Source of the DNA: Candidatus Woesebacteria bacterium GW2011_GWB1_39_12
GTDB lineage: Bacteria; Patescibacteriota; Microgenomatia; UBA8517
DNA: 53,735 bases
Direction: 5' to 3'
NCBI GenBank assembly: GCA_000993405.1
Contig: LBWB01000003.1
Location: forward strand, 1 to 53,735
Numbering within the stretch: position 1 is the stretch's first letter; every line of letters begins with the position of its first letter. Positions 43,443-53,175 of this stretch are shown piece after piece. A program made the position numbers and the translations under genes. Below the pieces are notes generated by a model. It was not told where the DNA came from, did no database searches, and saw only the letters and a program-made list of their open reading frames with translations.

Positions 43443-43799
43443 ATGGCTGACCGCGAGCGACCCAGTGAAGACCGCTTTGACGGGTTAGTCCAGAACGCGT
43501 TGCGCGTAGCCATACCAGTACGCAACAAACTAGCCGACCTAATGCTAATCCACCTATGGCACGTATGCCCGAACTGCGAAAGCCCTCTCCTTTCTGGCAC
43601 ACGTTTCTGCAATTCTTGCGGTTGCCCCACGACGCTGTTCGGCATTCCTCAAAGTTCACGATTCGCACAAAGCCAGATAACGGAACCATCAATCCAACTA
43701 CGATTACAATGTGATTCGTGTGAGAAGTCGTTTGCTGGCGAGGAAGCCCTACAAGAGCACTATTCAAATGTTCCCCAACATGCTTGGTTCAAGGACTAA
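43443..43799 (+). CDS. zinc-ribbon / C2H2-like protein
   Basis: CPNC...FCNSCG and CDSC...H. Confidence 0.7.
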   Translation: MADRERPSEDRFDGLVQNALRVAIPVRNKLADLMLIHLWHVCPNCESPLLSGTRFCNSCGCPTTLFGIPQSSRFAQSQITEPSIQLRLQCDSCEKSFAGEEALQEHYSNVPQHAWFKD

Positions 43800-44403
43800 G
43801 TTGTCATCAGCCTGCAACGCGCCGAAATGCATAATTCCACCTCGCGCAATATGTTTAGTCCGGGGTAAACAGCCATAAGCGCAGCCGACCTGATTTCAGT
43901 TTTTATCCCAGTCTTCGTATCAACGGCTGGCGGACTAAAAATAATTTATGACTACCTCACCGCAATCGAATGCCAGAATTGCCATGCGCCCCTCTACGAA
44001 ATTGGAATGAAAGGTAAAGAATTTTTTCTAATCTGTACTCGTGATGCTTGCCGAGCAATTCACGAACGGCGCTTATGCAAGGACGGCGTGAAACGAATAT
44101 TTCTAATCCGCTGCAACCAATGTCTTTCTGTCGTTCAACACCCGAATAAGATGGGTACGTTCGAGTTCAAATGTCCGAATGATTTCACTCGGTGGCTGTT
44201 TGTTTGGAGTAATCCAAATATCGTGTTCCGACAAATCTATCCATAAAGCATCATCATGACGATGAAAGTTTCGTTTCCCGAAGTTTTATTAACCGTCAAA
44301 GACGTGTGTGTGGTCAATGGCGCAGCGCGACTAAGGGCGACTAACACGGACGTGACCTCTTCAGCGGCGCGTAAAACGCCAACAAATTGGAGATGATAAA
44401 CAT

Positions 44404-45576
44404 ATGAGCATGAAAGCAGGCAACCTAGCGGCGCTAGCGTTCACCCTCATCGTCGTCATAATTGTTGGCTCCGTTGCCGTCATGTGGATTGGCAGCTTCG
44501 GACCATTCGCACCAACAGGGGTACCTCCTATTGCACCGGGCACATGTCAGTACGGTGGCACATGGCCTAACTGCAACGCTGGTCCCGGCGGAGTCACACA
44601 GAAGTACGCTGGCTCAGTCTCGTTCCTAGTTTCGCCAGTCTGGGCTTACTCAGGCGCGGCAAGCAACGAAGGCACTAATGACCCAACATACACGTTCTAC
44701 CACGCTGATAAGACACTTATCGGCTCGGAGACAATCACAAGCCACGTTCCAGTAGCAACCACACTAACCGTAGCACCAGCAGACCAAGCCATAATCTACA
44801 TGTCCGTACTCTACTCGTCTACAGCGCAGACGTACATTGTTGACCCAGCACTCACCGTCGCGAACAACGCGAACTGGATTAAGAGCTACAGCACGAACAC
44901 TGACCTAGACCACAACGGACAGTACGAAATCCTCTTCAAACTTGACTTGGGCAGCATAGTGTACAACATCGGGCAAACCCCAACCGTGCAACTCAACCTT
45001 TACGATTGGAAGGTTGACACATCAACAGTCACTACACTCAGCAACCCAACGTTCAGCGTTGCAGCAGGCGGCGACATGGACATTACAGGATACATGCTAT
45101 ACGCGGGCGGCGCAGGATACGTTCTACCAGTAGCACAAATCAACGTGTGGATAAGCCACACTAACTCGGCGAACACAACCGCGTCCTCGTTGAGTACACT
45201 AATCGCAGCAAGTTCGTTCTGGCTAGTGTCACTGAAAGTTCAAGGAGTCGGCGCGCAAACCAACACGGTCTACGGACAAACATGGAGCGCACCAACCTAC
45301 GACCCATCCAACACTAGGTACGTATTCTACCAAGCAACTGACGCCCATGACGGCGGCAGCGCAGTAGACGTACACCAACCCACATGGGCACTACTATTCG
45401 TCTACGAACGCAACTCAGGCGCGACGTGGTTACAGTGGGACATTAAAGCACACGCAAGCGCTGCGGGAATGGTAGCGTCAAAGGCATACTACGTGTACTT
45501 GGAGTTTCTAGTTCTGACTAGCACAGGCAGCAGCGCATCAGAAGGGTACAAAGCCACAATTACTACCACAGCATAG
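44404..45576 (+). CDS. membrane-anchored beta-rich surface or virion protein
   Basis: N-terminal TM helix, T/S/G/Y-rich; own TATA-like box (~44285), long leader and terminator suggest high expression. Confidence 0.7.
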   Translation: MSMKAGNLAALAFTLIVVIIVGSVAVMWIGSFGPFAPTGVPPIAPGTCQYGGTWPNCNAGPGGVTQKYAGSVSFLVSPVWAYSGAASNEGTNDPTYTFYHADKTLIGSETITSHVPVATTLTVAPADQAIIYMSVLYSSTAQTYIVDPALTVANNANWIKSYSTNTDLDHNGQYEILFKLDLGSIVYNIGQTPTVQLNLYDWKVDTSTVTTLSNPTFSVAAGGDMDITGYMLYAGGAGYVLPVAQINVWISHTNSANTTASSLSTLIAASSFWLVSLKVQGVGAQTNTVYGQTWSAPTYDPSNTRYVFYQATDAHDGGSAVDVHQPTWALLFVYERNSGATWLQWDIKAHASAAGMVASKAYYVYLEFLVLTSTGSSASEGYKATITTTA

Positions 45577-45579
45577 ACA

Positions 45580-45621
45580 CGCGCACCTAAACCCTGCGCG
45601 TTCCTTTTCCTTTTTATTTTT
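45580..45621 (+). terminator. hairpin plus oligo-pyrimidine terminator
   Basis: CGCGCA/TGCGCG stem followed by TTCCTTTTCCTTTTTATTTTT. Confidence 0.7.
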
Positions 45622-46130
45622 CAAGTATTGGGAACTTGACAGCTCACATAGCTAATACTGTTAATACTGCTTTTCTGAACGTAAAATAATGCGTCTGGAA
45701 CATTACCTATCTCCGTTGTAATACTCCCCCAGTAGAACTGTGAAAGCGGGAAATGTGCCGCGTCAGCACTAGCGTAATTGTCCTGTAATTCCTTCACGGA
45801 GTCCAACGGGTTAAGCAGCACTCGACCGTTAATTCCCTGCGTCGGAGAATACGTCTTATGCCCGTACGCGTCAACTGTGAACGGGTGAAGCACCAGCGCG
45901 GGAGGGTTAGTGAAAACTTCAACGTCTGCTAGCCCTATTGAAACGGTGAAAACCTTTGTTCCTTCAGTTATGGTGAGGCTGTACTGTAACTTCTCACACT
46001 GATTATGGTAGCCTGTGGGTGGCTGAACAATAAAGTACCCAATCGTGAGAATGAAAACTATGAGTAGCATCCAGAAAACTGTTTTGAGCCGCCCAGCAGA
46101 TTTACGCTTAGGCTTAGTTTGTTTTCCCAA
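45621..46130 (-). CDS. membrane-anchored hypothetical protein
   Basis: Basic N-terminus plus TM helix, 169 aa. Confidence 0.65.
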   Translation of the reverse strand: MGKQTKPKRKSAGRLKTVFWMLLIVFILTIGYFIVQPPTGYHNQCEKLQYSLTITEGTKVFTVSIGLADVEVFTNPPALVLHPFTVDAYGHKTYSPTQGINGRVLLNPLDSVKELQDNYASADAAHFPLSQFYWGSITTEIGNVPDALFYVQKSSINSISYVSCQVPNT

Positions 46131-46177
46131 CGTTCAGTGCTCCGAGTATGGTACTGCTTGGCTTAAGATATTTAAGT

Positions 46178-46191
46178 ATCATCATGATGAT
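46178..46191. promoter_or_regulatory. perfect palindrome ATCATCATGATGAT
   Basis: 14-bp palindrome abutting a TATA-like box; 18/19 identical to 28154-28172. Confidence 0.65.
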
Positions 46192-46302
46192 GTGGGGCTT
46201 AGAGGATAGTGATAAAACAGGGCGAGCGCAAACCCCTTGAATTCATTCGGGGGATAAGCGAGCTTTAAGTAGGAGAGGCGAATAAAGACATGTCGATTAG
46301 GC

Positions 46303-46692
46303 GTGGACTACAGACACGAAGGCAAGCGAGTCTTTCTCGTAAACTATCACCTAGTTTGGATTCCACGCAGACGCAGACCCGTTCTGTTAGGAAGAATACC
46401 AAAGCGATTGACACAGATTATTCAGGTACTAGCGGAAGAGAATAGATGGCAGATTCTCGCCTTGGAAGTCCAGCCCGACCATGTTCACTGTTTCGTTTCA
46501 GCCGACCCATCAACAGCACCACATAAAATTGTGAAAGCAATCAAAGGACGCAGCAGCAACATGCTTCGTAAAGAGTTTCCAGAACTACTGAAACTGCCGA
46601 GTTTGTGGACTCGAAGCTATTTCTGTTCAACAGCAGGGAATGTGTCGAACGAGACGATACGCAGATACATCGAGGCGCAAAGCAAGAAATGA
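46303..46692 (+). CDS. tnpA: Y1 HUH transposase TnpA
   Basis: YHLVW.P..R, PDHVH, KGRSS, LWTRSYF, YI..Q. Confidence 0.95.
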   Translation: MDYRHEGKRVFLVNYHLVWIPRRRRPVLLGRIPKRLTQIIQVLAEENRWQILALEVQPDHVHCFVSADPSTAPHKIVKAIKGRSSNMLRKEFPELLKLPSLWTRSYFCSTAGNVSNETIRRYIEAQSKK

Positions 46693-47741
46693 AAGCGAAG
46701 AAAGTTATCAAATGTAAAATCATCGCGTTAACTGACCGAAAGCGCAGACTCCTAGAAGCCGAATACAACGGCCTCCAAGTATATCTGCAAACAGGAAAGG
46801 ATTCAGGGCTTTGTAAGACGAATATGCGGCAAGCGAAACGGTTCTACAAGAAAATACTAGTAACCCATGAGTATCCGCTGACGATTAGGAAAGACCTAAT
46901 TCGCTTCCAAACAAATGACTGTAAACTATCAAAGTTCTGGTTTTCCATTCCTGTAGGTGGACGAACCCGTTTATGGCTACCAGTACAGCCACACGCCTCA
47001 ATCCCTGAAGGTGCAACCCTCTGCGAGTCCAAGGTTACTCGTGGTCGGGACGGGGTGTTCTGGGCGCATTTGGTTGTTGAGAAAGAAATTCCATGTCACA
47101 CCGATTTCACGAACATCCTAGCTGTGGATTTAGGTGAGAGACTTCCAGCTACAACTGTGTTGTACGCTAACGGAGCCTTCAAGGAACCTAGATTCTACGG
47201 GCGGGAAGTTCGTGGAATTAGGCGACATTACGCTTGGCTTCGGAAGAGGCTGGGCGAGAAGAAGGCGTTGAATACAATCCGCAAAATCGGTCAAACAGAA
47301 CATCGCAAAGTGAACGACGCTTGCCATAAAATCAGTCACACAATCGTCGAACAGGCAAGCCGTGAGCGAGCAGTAATCGTCATGGGTGACTTGAAGGGCA
47401 TACGCGACGGCACGAAAAGGAGAGGTAGACGAATGAACCGTATCATCAGCAACATGCCTTACTACAAGTTAACGCAGCAAATCATGTACAAGGCTGCGTG
47501 GCTTGGAGTACCAGTCCATCAAATCCCAGAGCGGAACACTTCTAAGACCTGTCACCGTTGCGGTTCCACCGACACCACTAGGCTCAAACAACCAATCTTC
47601 GAATGCAAAGATTGTGGATTAATCTACAACGCTGACTTGAACGCTGCGAAAAACATAGCTGAGAGGTTCCTTGACCAAGCTGTTAAGGAACGGGGCATCT
47701 TGGCAGTGCCCGTAACTCCGCACGAAAGGAGCGTGCCTTAA
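46689..47741 (+). CDS. tnpB: RNA-guided nuclease TnpB
   Basis: AVDLG, TSKTCHRCG, C..CG...NADLNAA.NI; ATGA-coupled to tnpA. Confidence 0.93.
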   Translation: MKAKKVIKCKIIALTDRKRRLLEAEYNGLQVYLQTGKDSGLCKTNMRQAKRFYKKILVTHEYPLTIRKDLIRFQTNDCKLSKFWFSIPVGGRTRLWLPVQPHASIPEGATLCESKVTRGRDGVFWAHLVVEKEIPCHTDFTNILAVDLGERLPATTVLYANGAFKEPRFYGREVRGIRRHYAWLRKRLGEKKALNTIRKIGQTEHRKVNDACHKISHTIVEQASRERAVIVMGDLKGIRDGTKRRGRRMNRIISNMPYYKLTQQIMYKAAWLGVPVHQIPERNTSKTCHRCGSTDTTRLKQPIFECKDCGLIYNADLNAAKNIAERFLDQAVKERGILAVPVTPHERSVP

Positions 47742-47830
47742 TGAGTAGCAGAGAATCCCACGAATTTATTCATGGGAGTGTCAAGTAATCACCTGTTACG
47801 ATTGTTACGGGCAGTTCTGAGGGAAATTCT

Positions 47831-48973
47831 TTGCGTGTTCTTCACGCGTTCAATCTTGCGAATGATGGTTTTAATGTCGTTCGCGGGCTTCGTAAGATTG
47901 GTGTGGACGCAGAGCTTCTAATCCAGAAACCATCACATGTGGCTTCTCTTCCACAGTGGGAAGATGGTGAAGTTGACATGTTCCAACTCGGTAACCCATA
48001 CGACCCCAACTGGAACGCTTTCACATGGAACATGCCCGATTGGGTGCATGTTTGGAACGCGAACAAGAGTTGGTATCCGTTCAGTCGAACTCTCCGTTGG
48101 CTACGAATATTTGGAAAACTGAAAGGATACGACCTTATCGTGGGTCACGTTCCCTTTGCGAAAGTATCCACGCTTTATCAGACGTTATACGGTAAGCCGT
48201 ATATTGTGTATGATGCTGGTTGGATTCGCTACCTCAAAAATAATGCACGTGGATACGCGCGGGCGCGAAAGGGCTACGCGCAAGCAGCCATGATTTTGTT
48301 CACGAACGTTGACACTGAGCAAATGTTCCACGAACACGGCTACCATAACTTGTACTACACGCCGTTCGCGATTGACACTGACAAGTACACTCCAAGGCCC
48401 AACCACATTGACCACGATTATCCCGTGTTCTTTCATCCATCGCGGCATGATTGGGCTGAGAAAGGAAACGACCTGCTAATTCGAGCATTCGCAAGGTATG
48501 TGAAACGAAATCCGCGAGCGCTCCTACGCATGGTAGAGTGGTATCAGTCGCCAGAAGATTTGTGGGCAAGTAAACGCCTAATTCAAGACCTAGAAATAGC
48601 GAACAAGTGTGAATGGATTTCAGTACAACCAAAAAGTCGCCTAGTGAATCTTTATCGTGATTCAACCGCGATTTTTGACCAATTCGTTTTCGGAGCTTTT
48701 GGGACAACCTGCCCCGAAGGATTAAGTTGCGGTGTGCCTGTGGTGGGTTACGCGAAGCCGAACCTGTGGTTGCAATATCACGAAACCATGCCGCCCGTGC
48801 TTAACGCGTCAACCGAGAACGACATCTACGAAGCCATGCTTAGCTTAGAAGATGAGGCCACGCGCAAGCGGTTCGGACAAGAAGGACGACAGTGGGTAAT
48901 GGAAAATTGCTCTGACGTTGTGGTTGCTAAACAGCAACTAGCACTATACAAACAAGTGGTGGAATCAAATTGA
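47831..48973 (+). CDS. GT4-family glycosyltransferase
   Basis: KGNDLLIRAF, DQF..GAFG....EGLSCGVPVV. Confidence 0.88.
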   Translation: MRVLHAFNLANDGFNVVRGLRKIGVDAELLIQKPSHVASLPQWEDGEVDMFQLGNPYDPNWNAFTWNMPDWVHVWNANKSWYPFSRTLRWLRIFGKLKGYDLIVGHVPFAKVSTLYQTLYGKPYIVYDAGWIRYLKNNARGYARARKGYAQAAMILFTNVDTEQMFHEHGYHNLYYTPFAIDTDKYTPRPNHIDHDYPVFFHPSRHDWAEKGNDLLIRAFARYVKRNPRALLRMVEWYQSPEDLWASKRLIQDLEIANKCEWISVQPKSRLVNLYRDSTAIFDQFVFGAFGTTCPEGLSCGVPVVGYAKPNLWLQYHETMPPVLNASTENDIYEAMLSLEDEATRKRFGQEGRQWVMENCSDVVVAKQQLALYKQVVESN

Positions 48974-50604
48974 GCAAAGTCCCTGACAGCGCGATTGAGC
49001 TTCAACAATTTGTGATTCAGAAAATTCGTCATGACTATGAGAAGCAGCCAGACCACTTCGACCCTGAGCGACTTCTACAAGAGGGATACGGTAGGTGTGG
49101 ACATCGCGCTGTGGTATTTCAATACTTAGCAACACGTGAAGGGCTAACCTCACGAATTGCCTTCTATCGAGGTCATGTGATAAATCAGGTTCTCGTTAAC
49201 GGAGAGTGGGTTAATGTTGATTGCACGCGTCCTGACGGGCAATTCCACGCGGAACTCATCAAACACATTCTTTCAGGCCCATCCGTTGGGGTATCTACCC
49301 GCATTGATGTTCTTGAGAAACCTGCCCCTCGATTTCAGTACGGTGAATACTCGCAATGGCTCCTAGCCTTACAACACCGACATGTACGCTTCTTACTCCC
49401 ACGGGATTTACTTCACGGTATAGGGCTGTCTAACGATGTGCCTAACGTTATCTTACGTCATGACATTTGCGGAAGTCTTGGTTCGTGGATGGCTATGGTT
49501 CACGAGGAAAACCAGTTAGGCATCAGAAGCGTCACATATGTTCGGTGCGGAGAAATCCACAACGCTCAACTGTACAAAATGTTTGAGCATGAAGGCTTCG
49601 AGATTGGTCTACACATCACCGCGATACATCAACATGGCTTGACACTTCAGGAGGCAATGGACGAGTTTTGGGGTGAATACGCGATGGCGAAAACAGCGTT
49701 CAACATTGAAACCGTTCAAGCCCACGGATACGATGACGCAAAAGGTGTACCGGCAGTTACGAATTATGACGTGGAACGGCAGGTGCCTTTTGGCTTCGCA
49801 AACCTCGTTGAAGGCACTGGGAAATACGCGTGGAGAATCGCGGACAGTCTCGGAGTCATGTATCCGTCTAATCCACTTCAGGTGATTGGTAAACTGAAGA
49901 AAGGCAAACTGTACTATTGCCTTTGGCACCCCGAATACTACTCCGTAAGAAACGGATGGGCCAAATACGATGGACTAGATGCGGAGCCTTTCACGGACGA
50001 ACGACTAGAGCGCCACTTGAAGGCCATAAACCGGCGGTACGTTGATACGCCGTACTTTGACACCGCAAAACACCCACACCTCAATGCAGTCGCAGACTAC
50101 TTGAAGAAACATGGAAGGCTCGATGAACAGGTAGTTGACTTAGGCGCAGGGTGGGGCTTATTGGGATTACTGATTCGCGATAAACATATGCGGTATGTCC
50201 CGATAGATTTGGAATACAAACGCATGAAGGCCGGACAGACCCTATACCAATCCTTGAAGATTAACGCTCCACCATTTCAATGCCACGACCTACTCGATGA
50301 GGCTCCTGTTGTAAGTGCCGATTGGGTTGTCCTAGTCGGATGGGAAGGTGACATGAAAAAACCCGAACCCATATTCAAATGGCTCGGACACGCCGGACGT
50401 AGACTTATCTTAAGCTACATCAACCAAGAAAAATACGAAGCAAACTGGTCAAGTAAGTTTCCAACCAATCATTACCGTCTAACCTCTGAATCCGAATTAC
50501 ACTCATTCATATCTGACAACGAACTAATAGAGGAAAAGCGTTTAACCAAGGTCTACCGCGACGGGTTCCCACGCGAAATCGCGGTTCTCAGGAGAAACAA
50601 TTAG
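48970..50604 (+). CDS. fusion: transglutaminase-like + polysaccharide-deacetylase-like + SAM methyltransferase
   Basis: GRCG...HV.N.V...W..VD; LRHD...FEIGLH...AHG...WHPEY; VVDLGAGWG. Confidence 0.6.
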   Translation: MSKVPDSAIELQQFVIQKIRHDYEKQPDHFDPERLLQEGYGRCGHRAVVFQYLATREGLTSRIAFYRGHVINQVLVNGEWVNVDCTRPDGQFHAELIKHILSGPSVGVSTRIDVLEKPAPRFQYGEYSQWLLALQHRHVRFLLPRDLLHGIGLSNDVPNVILRHDICGSLGSWMAMVHEENQLGIRSVTYVRCGEIHNAQLYKMFEHEGFEIGLHITAIHQHGLTLQEAMDEFWGEYAMAKTAFNIETVQAHGYDDAKGVPAVTNYDVERQVPFGFANLVEGTGKYAWRIADSLGVMYPSNPLQVIGKLKKGKLYYCLWHPEYYSVRNGWAKYDGLDAEPFTDERLERHLKAINRRYVDTPYFDTAKHPHLNAVADYLKKHGRLDEQVVDLGAGWGLLGLLIRDKHMRYVPIDLEYKRMKAGQTLYQSLKINAPPFQCHDLLDEAPVVSADWVVLVGWEGDMKKPEPIFKWLGHAGRRLILSYINQEKYEANWSSKFPTNHYRLTSESELHSFISDNELIEEKRLTKVYRDGFPREIAVLRRNN

Positions 50605-51680
50605 TGACAGAAAACATCTCTGTCTACCAATCCTGCCTACGACCCCAACACCGTATCCTACGCTACGCGAAAAGGAAACTAGGCTTCAACCAAGCCCAAT
50701 CACGCATCATCAAAATGAGCCGCGAACAAGCCAAACGTGTACTCTACCACCGCGACTTCCCACTCAGCGTAAATATCCTGCTAGGAAACTTCTGCAACCT
50801 CTCGTGCCCGGCGTGCCCCTATCATGGAAGCTATGCACCTAGTTACTTTAGGCAATTTGATAAGATGAGTGATGAGGTCATTGACCGATTAGTTGACGAA
50901 TTGCCGCACTATCAGACTAACGCTAAATTCGGGGGATTCGAGGAACCGCTGGCTTTCAAGGCTGGATTCAAGCGCATAACTACGGCTCTGAGAGACAAAG
51001 GACTAGGAGTTCACGTAACTACTAACGGGACTTTAATCACTGACGATTTGCTTCACACTTTGCAAAACCTTTCAACGATGTACGTGAGCTTGGATGCCCA
51101 CTCGATAGCAACGTACAAGACGGTGCGAGGAGCAGACTTCAATAAAGTTGTCGCCAACATCGAGAAAGTCAGGCAGGGCTTCAAAGGCGTGAAGTTCGGA
51201 GTGAGCTTCATACGTCAACCAAAAAACGAACATGAAATGCAAGTCTTCAAAGACCACTGGATTACGAAAGCTGACATGGTGATAATCTATGCGTTACTCG
51301 AATTCAACAAGCACGACTACAAAATCGACCGTCCATTCCTAGCATCTCCAAAAGAACGAATTGTATGTAGTAGCCCATTCCTAGAAACCTACGTGCTTCC
51401 AAATGGTGACGTATCGCTTTGTTGCGAAACCCTATTGCTAACCGACCGCGATTCTGTGCCAATCATGGGCAACATTAAAGAACGGTCATTACACGAGATT
51501 TGGAACGGTGAACAATACCGAGCATATCGTGATGCCCTTGTTGACGAAAACTGGAAGATTGCCGCGATTTGCCAACAATGCCCACTTTGGGCAGCCTCAT
51601 ACTATGAAACACACAATGAGAATGGTGTGAAAGTCACTCATAATCCTACCACGGAAGTTTTAGAGAGAATCGCGAACTGA
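50604..51680 (+). CDS. radical SAM/SPASM protein
   Basis: CNLSCPAC, EEPL, TTNGT, SLDA, C..PF....V..NGDV..CC...GNI, C..C. Confidence 0.9.
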   Translation: MTENISVYQSCLRPQHRILRYAKRKLGFNQAQSRIIKMSREQAKRVLYHRDFPLSVNILLGNFCNLSCPACPYHGSYAPSYFRQFDKMSDEVIDRLVDELPHYQTNAKFGGFEEPLAFKAGFKRITTALRDKGLGVHVTTNGTLITDDLLHTLQNLSTMYVSLDAHSIATYKTVRGADFNKVVANIEKVRQGFKGVKFGVSFIRQPKNEHEMQVFKDHWITKADMVIIYALLEFNKHDYKIDRPFLASPKERIVCSSPFLETYVLPNGDVSLCCETLLLTDRDSVPIMGNIKERSLHEIWNGEQYRAYRDALVDENWKIAAICQQCPLWAASYYETHNENGVKVTHNPTTEVLERIAN

Positions 51681-51686
51681 CTTCAC

Positions 51687-53108
51687 ATGACGTTGAAAAG
51701 CGTAGTTTTGGTGAAGCCACCAAACGACTTGGGGCCAGAACACCATAGCATTTTCGGGCTTCTCCTAATTGCCTCGCATCTACGCAAACATCAAATTTCC
51801 TTCTTGTTGGTGAACGGTAACATTGACCAAAATTGGAAAAGAAAACTAGACGCTCTAGCATCACCCAATTGTGTAGTCGCTATTTCCGCGCTAACCCCTG
51901 AGATTCCCGGTGGGATTGACGCGTCGGACATCGCGAAACAGCATGGAGCAACCGTCATTTGGGGAGGAAAACACGCTCAACTATTTCATGACGTAATCGC
52001 CGCAGACAAATCTGTTGACTACGTATGCGTTGGGGAAGGTGAAGAGTTCATTCCAGATGTAATCCGAACCGAGGACACCCAATCCATTAACAACATGTGC
52101 TTTCAGGACGGAGAACAATTCACCCACGGACCAAAACACAACCTTGACATAAACTCCATAGAATGCCCAGCGTACGATTTAATTCCCGCGAACACACCGA
52201 GTCCTTGGCTTAACAGAAGACGACTTCAAGCTGAGAGTTCGCGCGGGTGCAGTTATCGTTGTGAATTCTGCGAAGTTCCAGCACTAAAGAACAGTACATG
52301 GCGTGTGAAAGCACCTGAGAAAGTCGTATCCGACATCGAGCACGGGTTGAATGTAACTGAAGCTACCTACGTTGAGTTCGTTGACGACAACCCTTTCCAG
52401 CACGCGTATCACATGCAAGGGGTAGCTAACGAGATTCTCAAACGTAAACTGCGGTTTGAGTGGTGTGCCAATTGTCGAGCCGAATATCTCGCAATCGCTC
52501 ATGTTGACGACGACTACTTGGATTTGCTCTACGAGGCGGGGTTGCGTAGCATTAGCGTTGGTGGAGAATCAGGTAGCCAACACGTATTGAACATTCTTCG
52601 TAAAGGAATCAAGAAAGAACACTTGCTTCAAGCCGCCCAACGAGTAGCTAACGTACATAATGGAAAAATGGATGCGTCCATGAACTTCTTCTTCGGAACC
52701 CCCGGAGAAACTAGAGCCGACATAGTAGAAACCATTGAATTATTTGATGACATCAAAACGATTTTCCCACGCATTAGAATTGGGGTGAATATCTACACGC
52801 CCTATCCCGGTACGGCTCTAGCGAAGGGACTTTGGGATGAACCTGCAACGCTGCGGGATTGGCTTGACCCAAAGGCTAGGCACATGTTCACCGATAGGTT
52901 TGGTGGTAAACACTGGCAGGACAATCCAGAGTTCTACACACAACTCGCCCACTACTCAGGTCTACTCTACTCGCCACCATCATTCGGCAAAATCGGCGAC
53001 CTTCAACAGTTCATGCGAACCCACACACCACTACACATCAGGTCGTACATTGTGAGTGAACAGGTCAAGCGTAAAGCGTACAGATGGCTACATGCAATTA
53101 AACCATGA
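51687..53108 (+). CDS. B12-binding radical SAM protein (class B methylase-like)
   Basis: WGGKH, GEGE, SRGCSYRCEFC, VDDN, ESGS, G.PGET, PYPGT. Confidence 0.9.
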   Translation: MTLKSVVLVKPPNDLGPEHHSIFGLLLIASHLRKHQISFLLVNGNIDQNWKRKLDALASPNCVVAISALTPEIPGGIDASDIAKQHGATVIWGGKHAQLFHDVIAADKSVDYVCVGEGEEFIPDVIRTEDTQSINNMCFQDGEQFTHGPKHNLDINSIECPAYDLIPANTPSPWLNRRRLQAESSRGCSYRCEFCEVPALKNSTWRVKAPEKVVSDIEHGLNVTEATYVEFVDDNPFQHAYHMQGVANEILKRKLRFEWCANCRAEYLAIAHVDDDYLDLLYEAGLRSISVGGESGSQHVLNILRKGIKKEHLLQAAQRVANVHNGKMDASMNFFFGTPGETRADIVETIELFDDIKTIFPRIRIGVNIYTPYPGTALAKGLWDEPATLRDWLDPKARHMFTDRFGGKHWQDNPEFYTQLAHYSGLLYSPPSFGKIGDLQQFMRTHTPLHIRSYIVSEQVKRKAYRWLHAIKP

Positions 53109-53175
53109 CCCGTGTCGAAACCTTGAATAAGCATGTATTAATTTGCCGTCATGACGATGGAGTTCGAGGAAGCCT

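Larger units (their letters stand above)
46214..47784 (+). mobile_element. IS200/IS605-family insertion sequence
   Basis: tnpA+tnpB; left hairpin 46233-46253, right hairpin 47756-47777, right end TCAA; left end inferred after GTGAT. Confidence 0.9.

Noticed and set aside
46605-46688. N-terminal extension of TnpB in the ORF track
   Set aside because: Overlaps tnpA; ATG 46689 in an ATGA overlap is the more plausible start.
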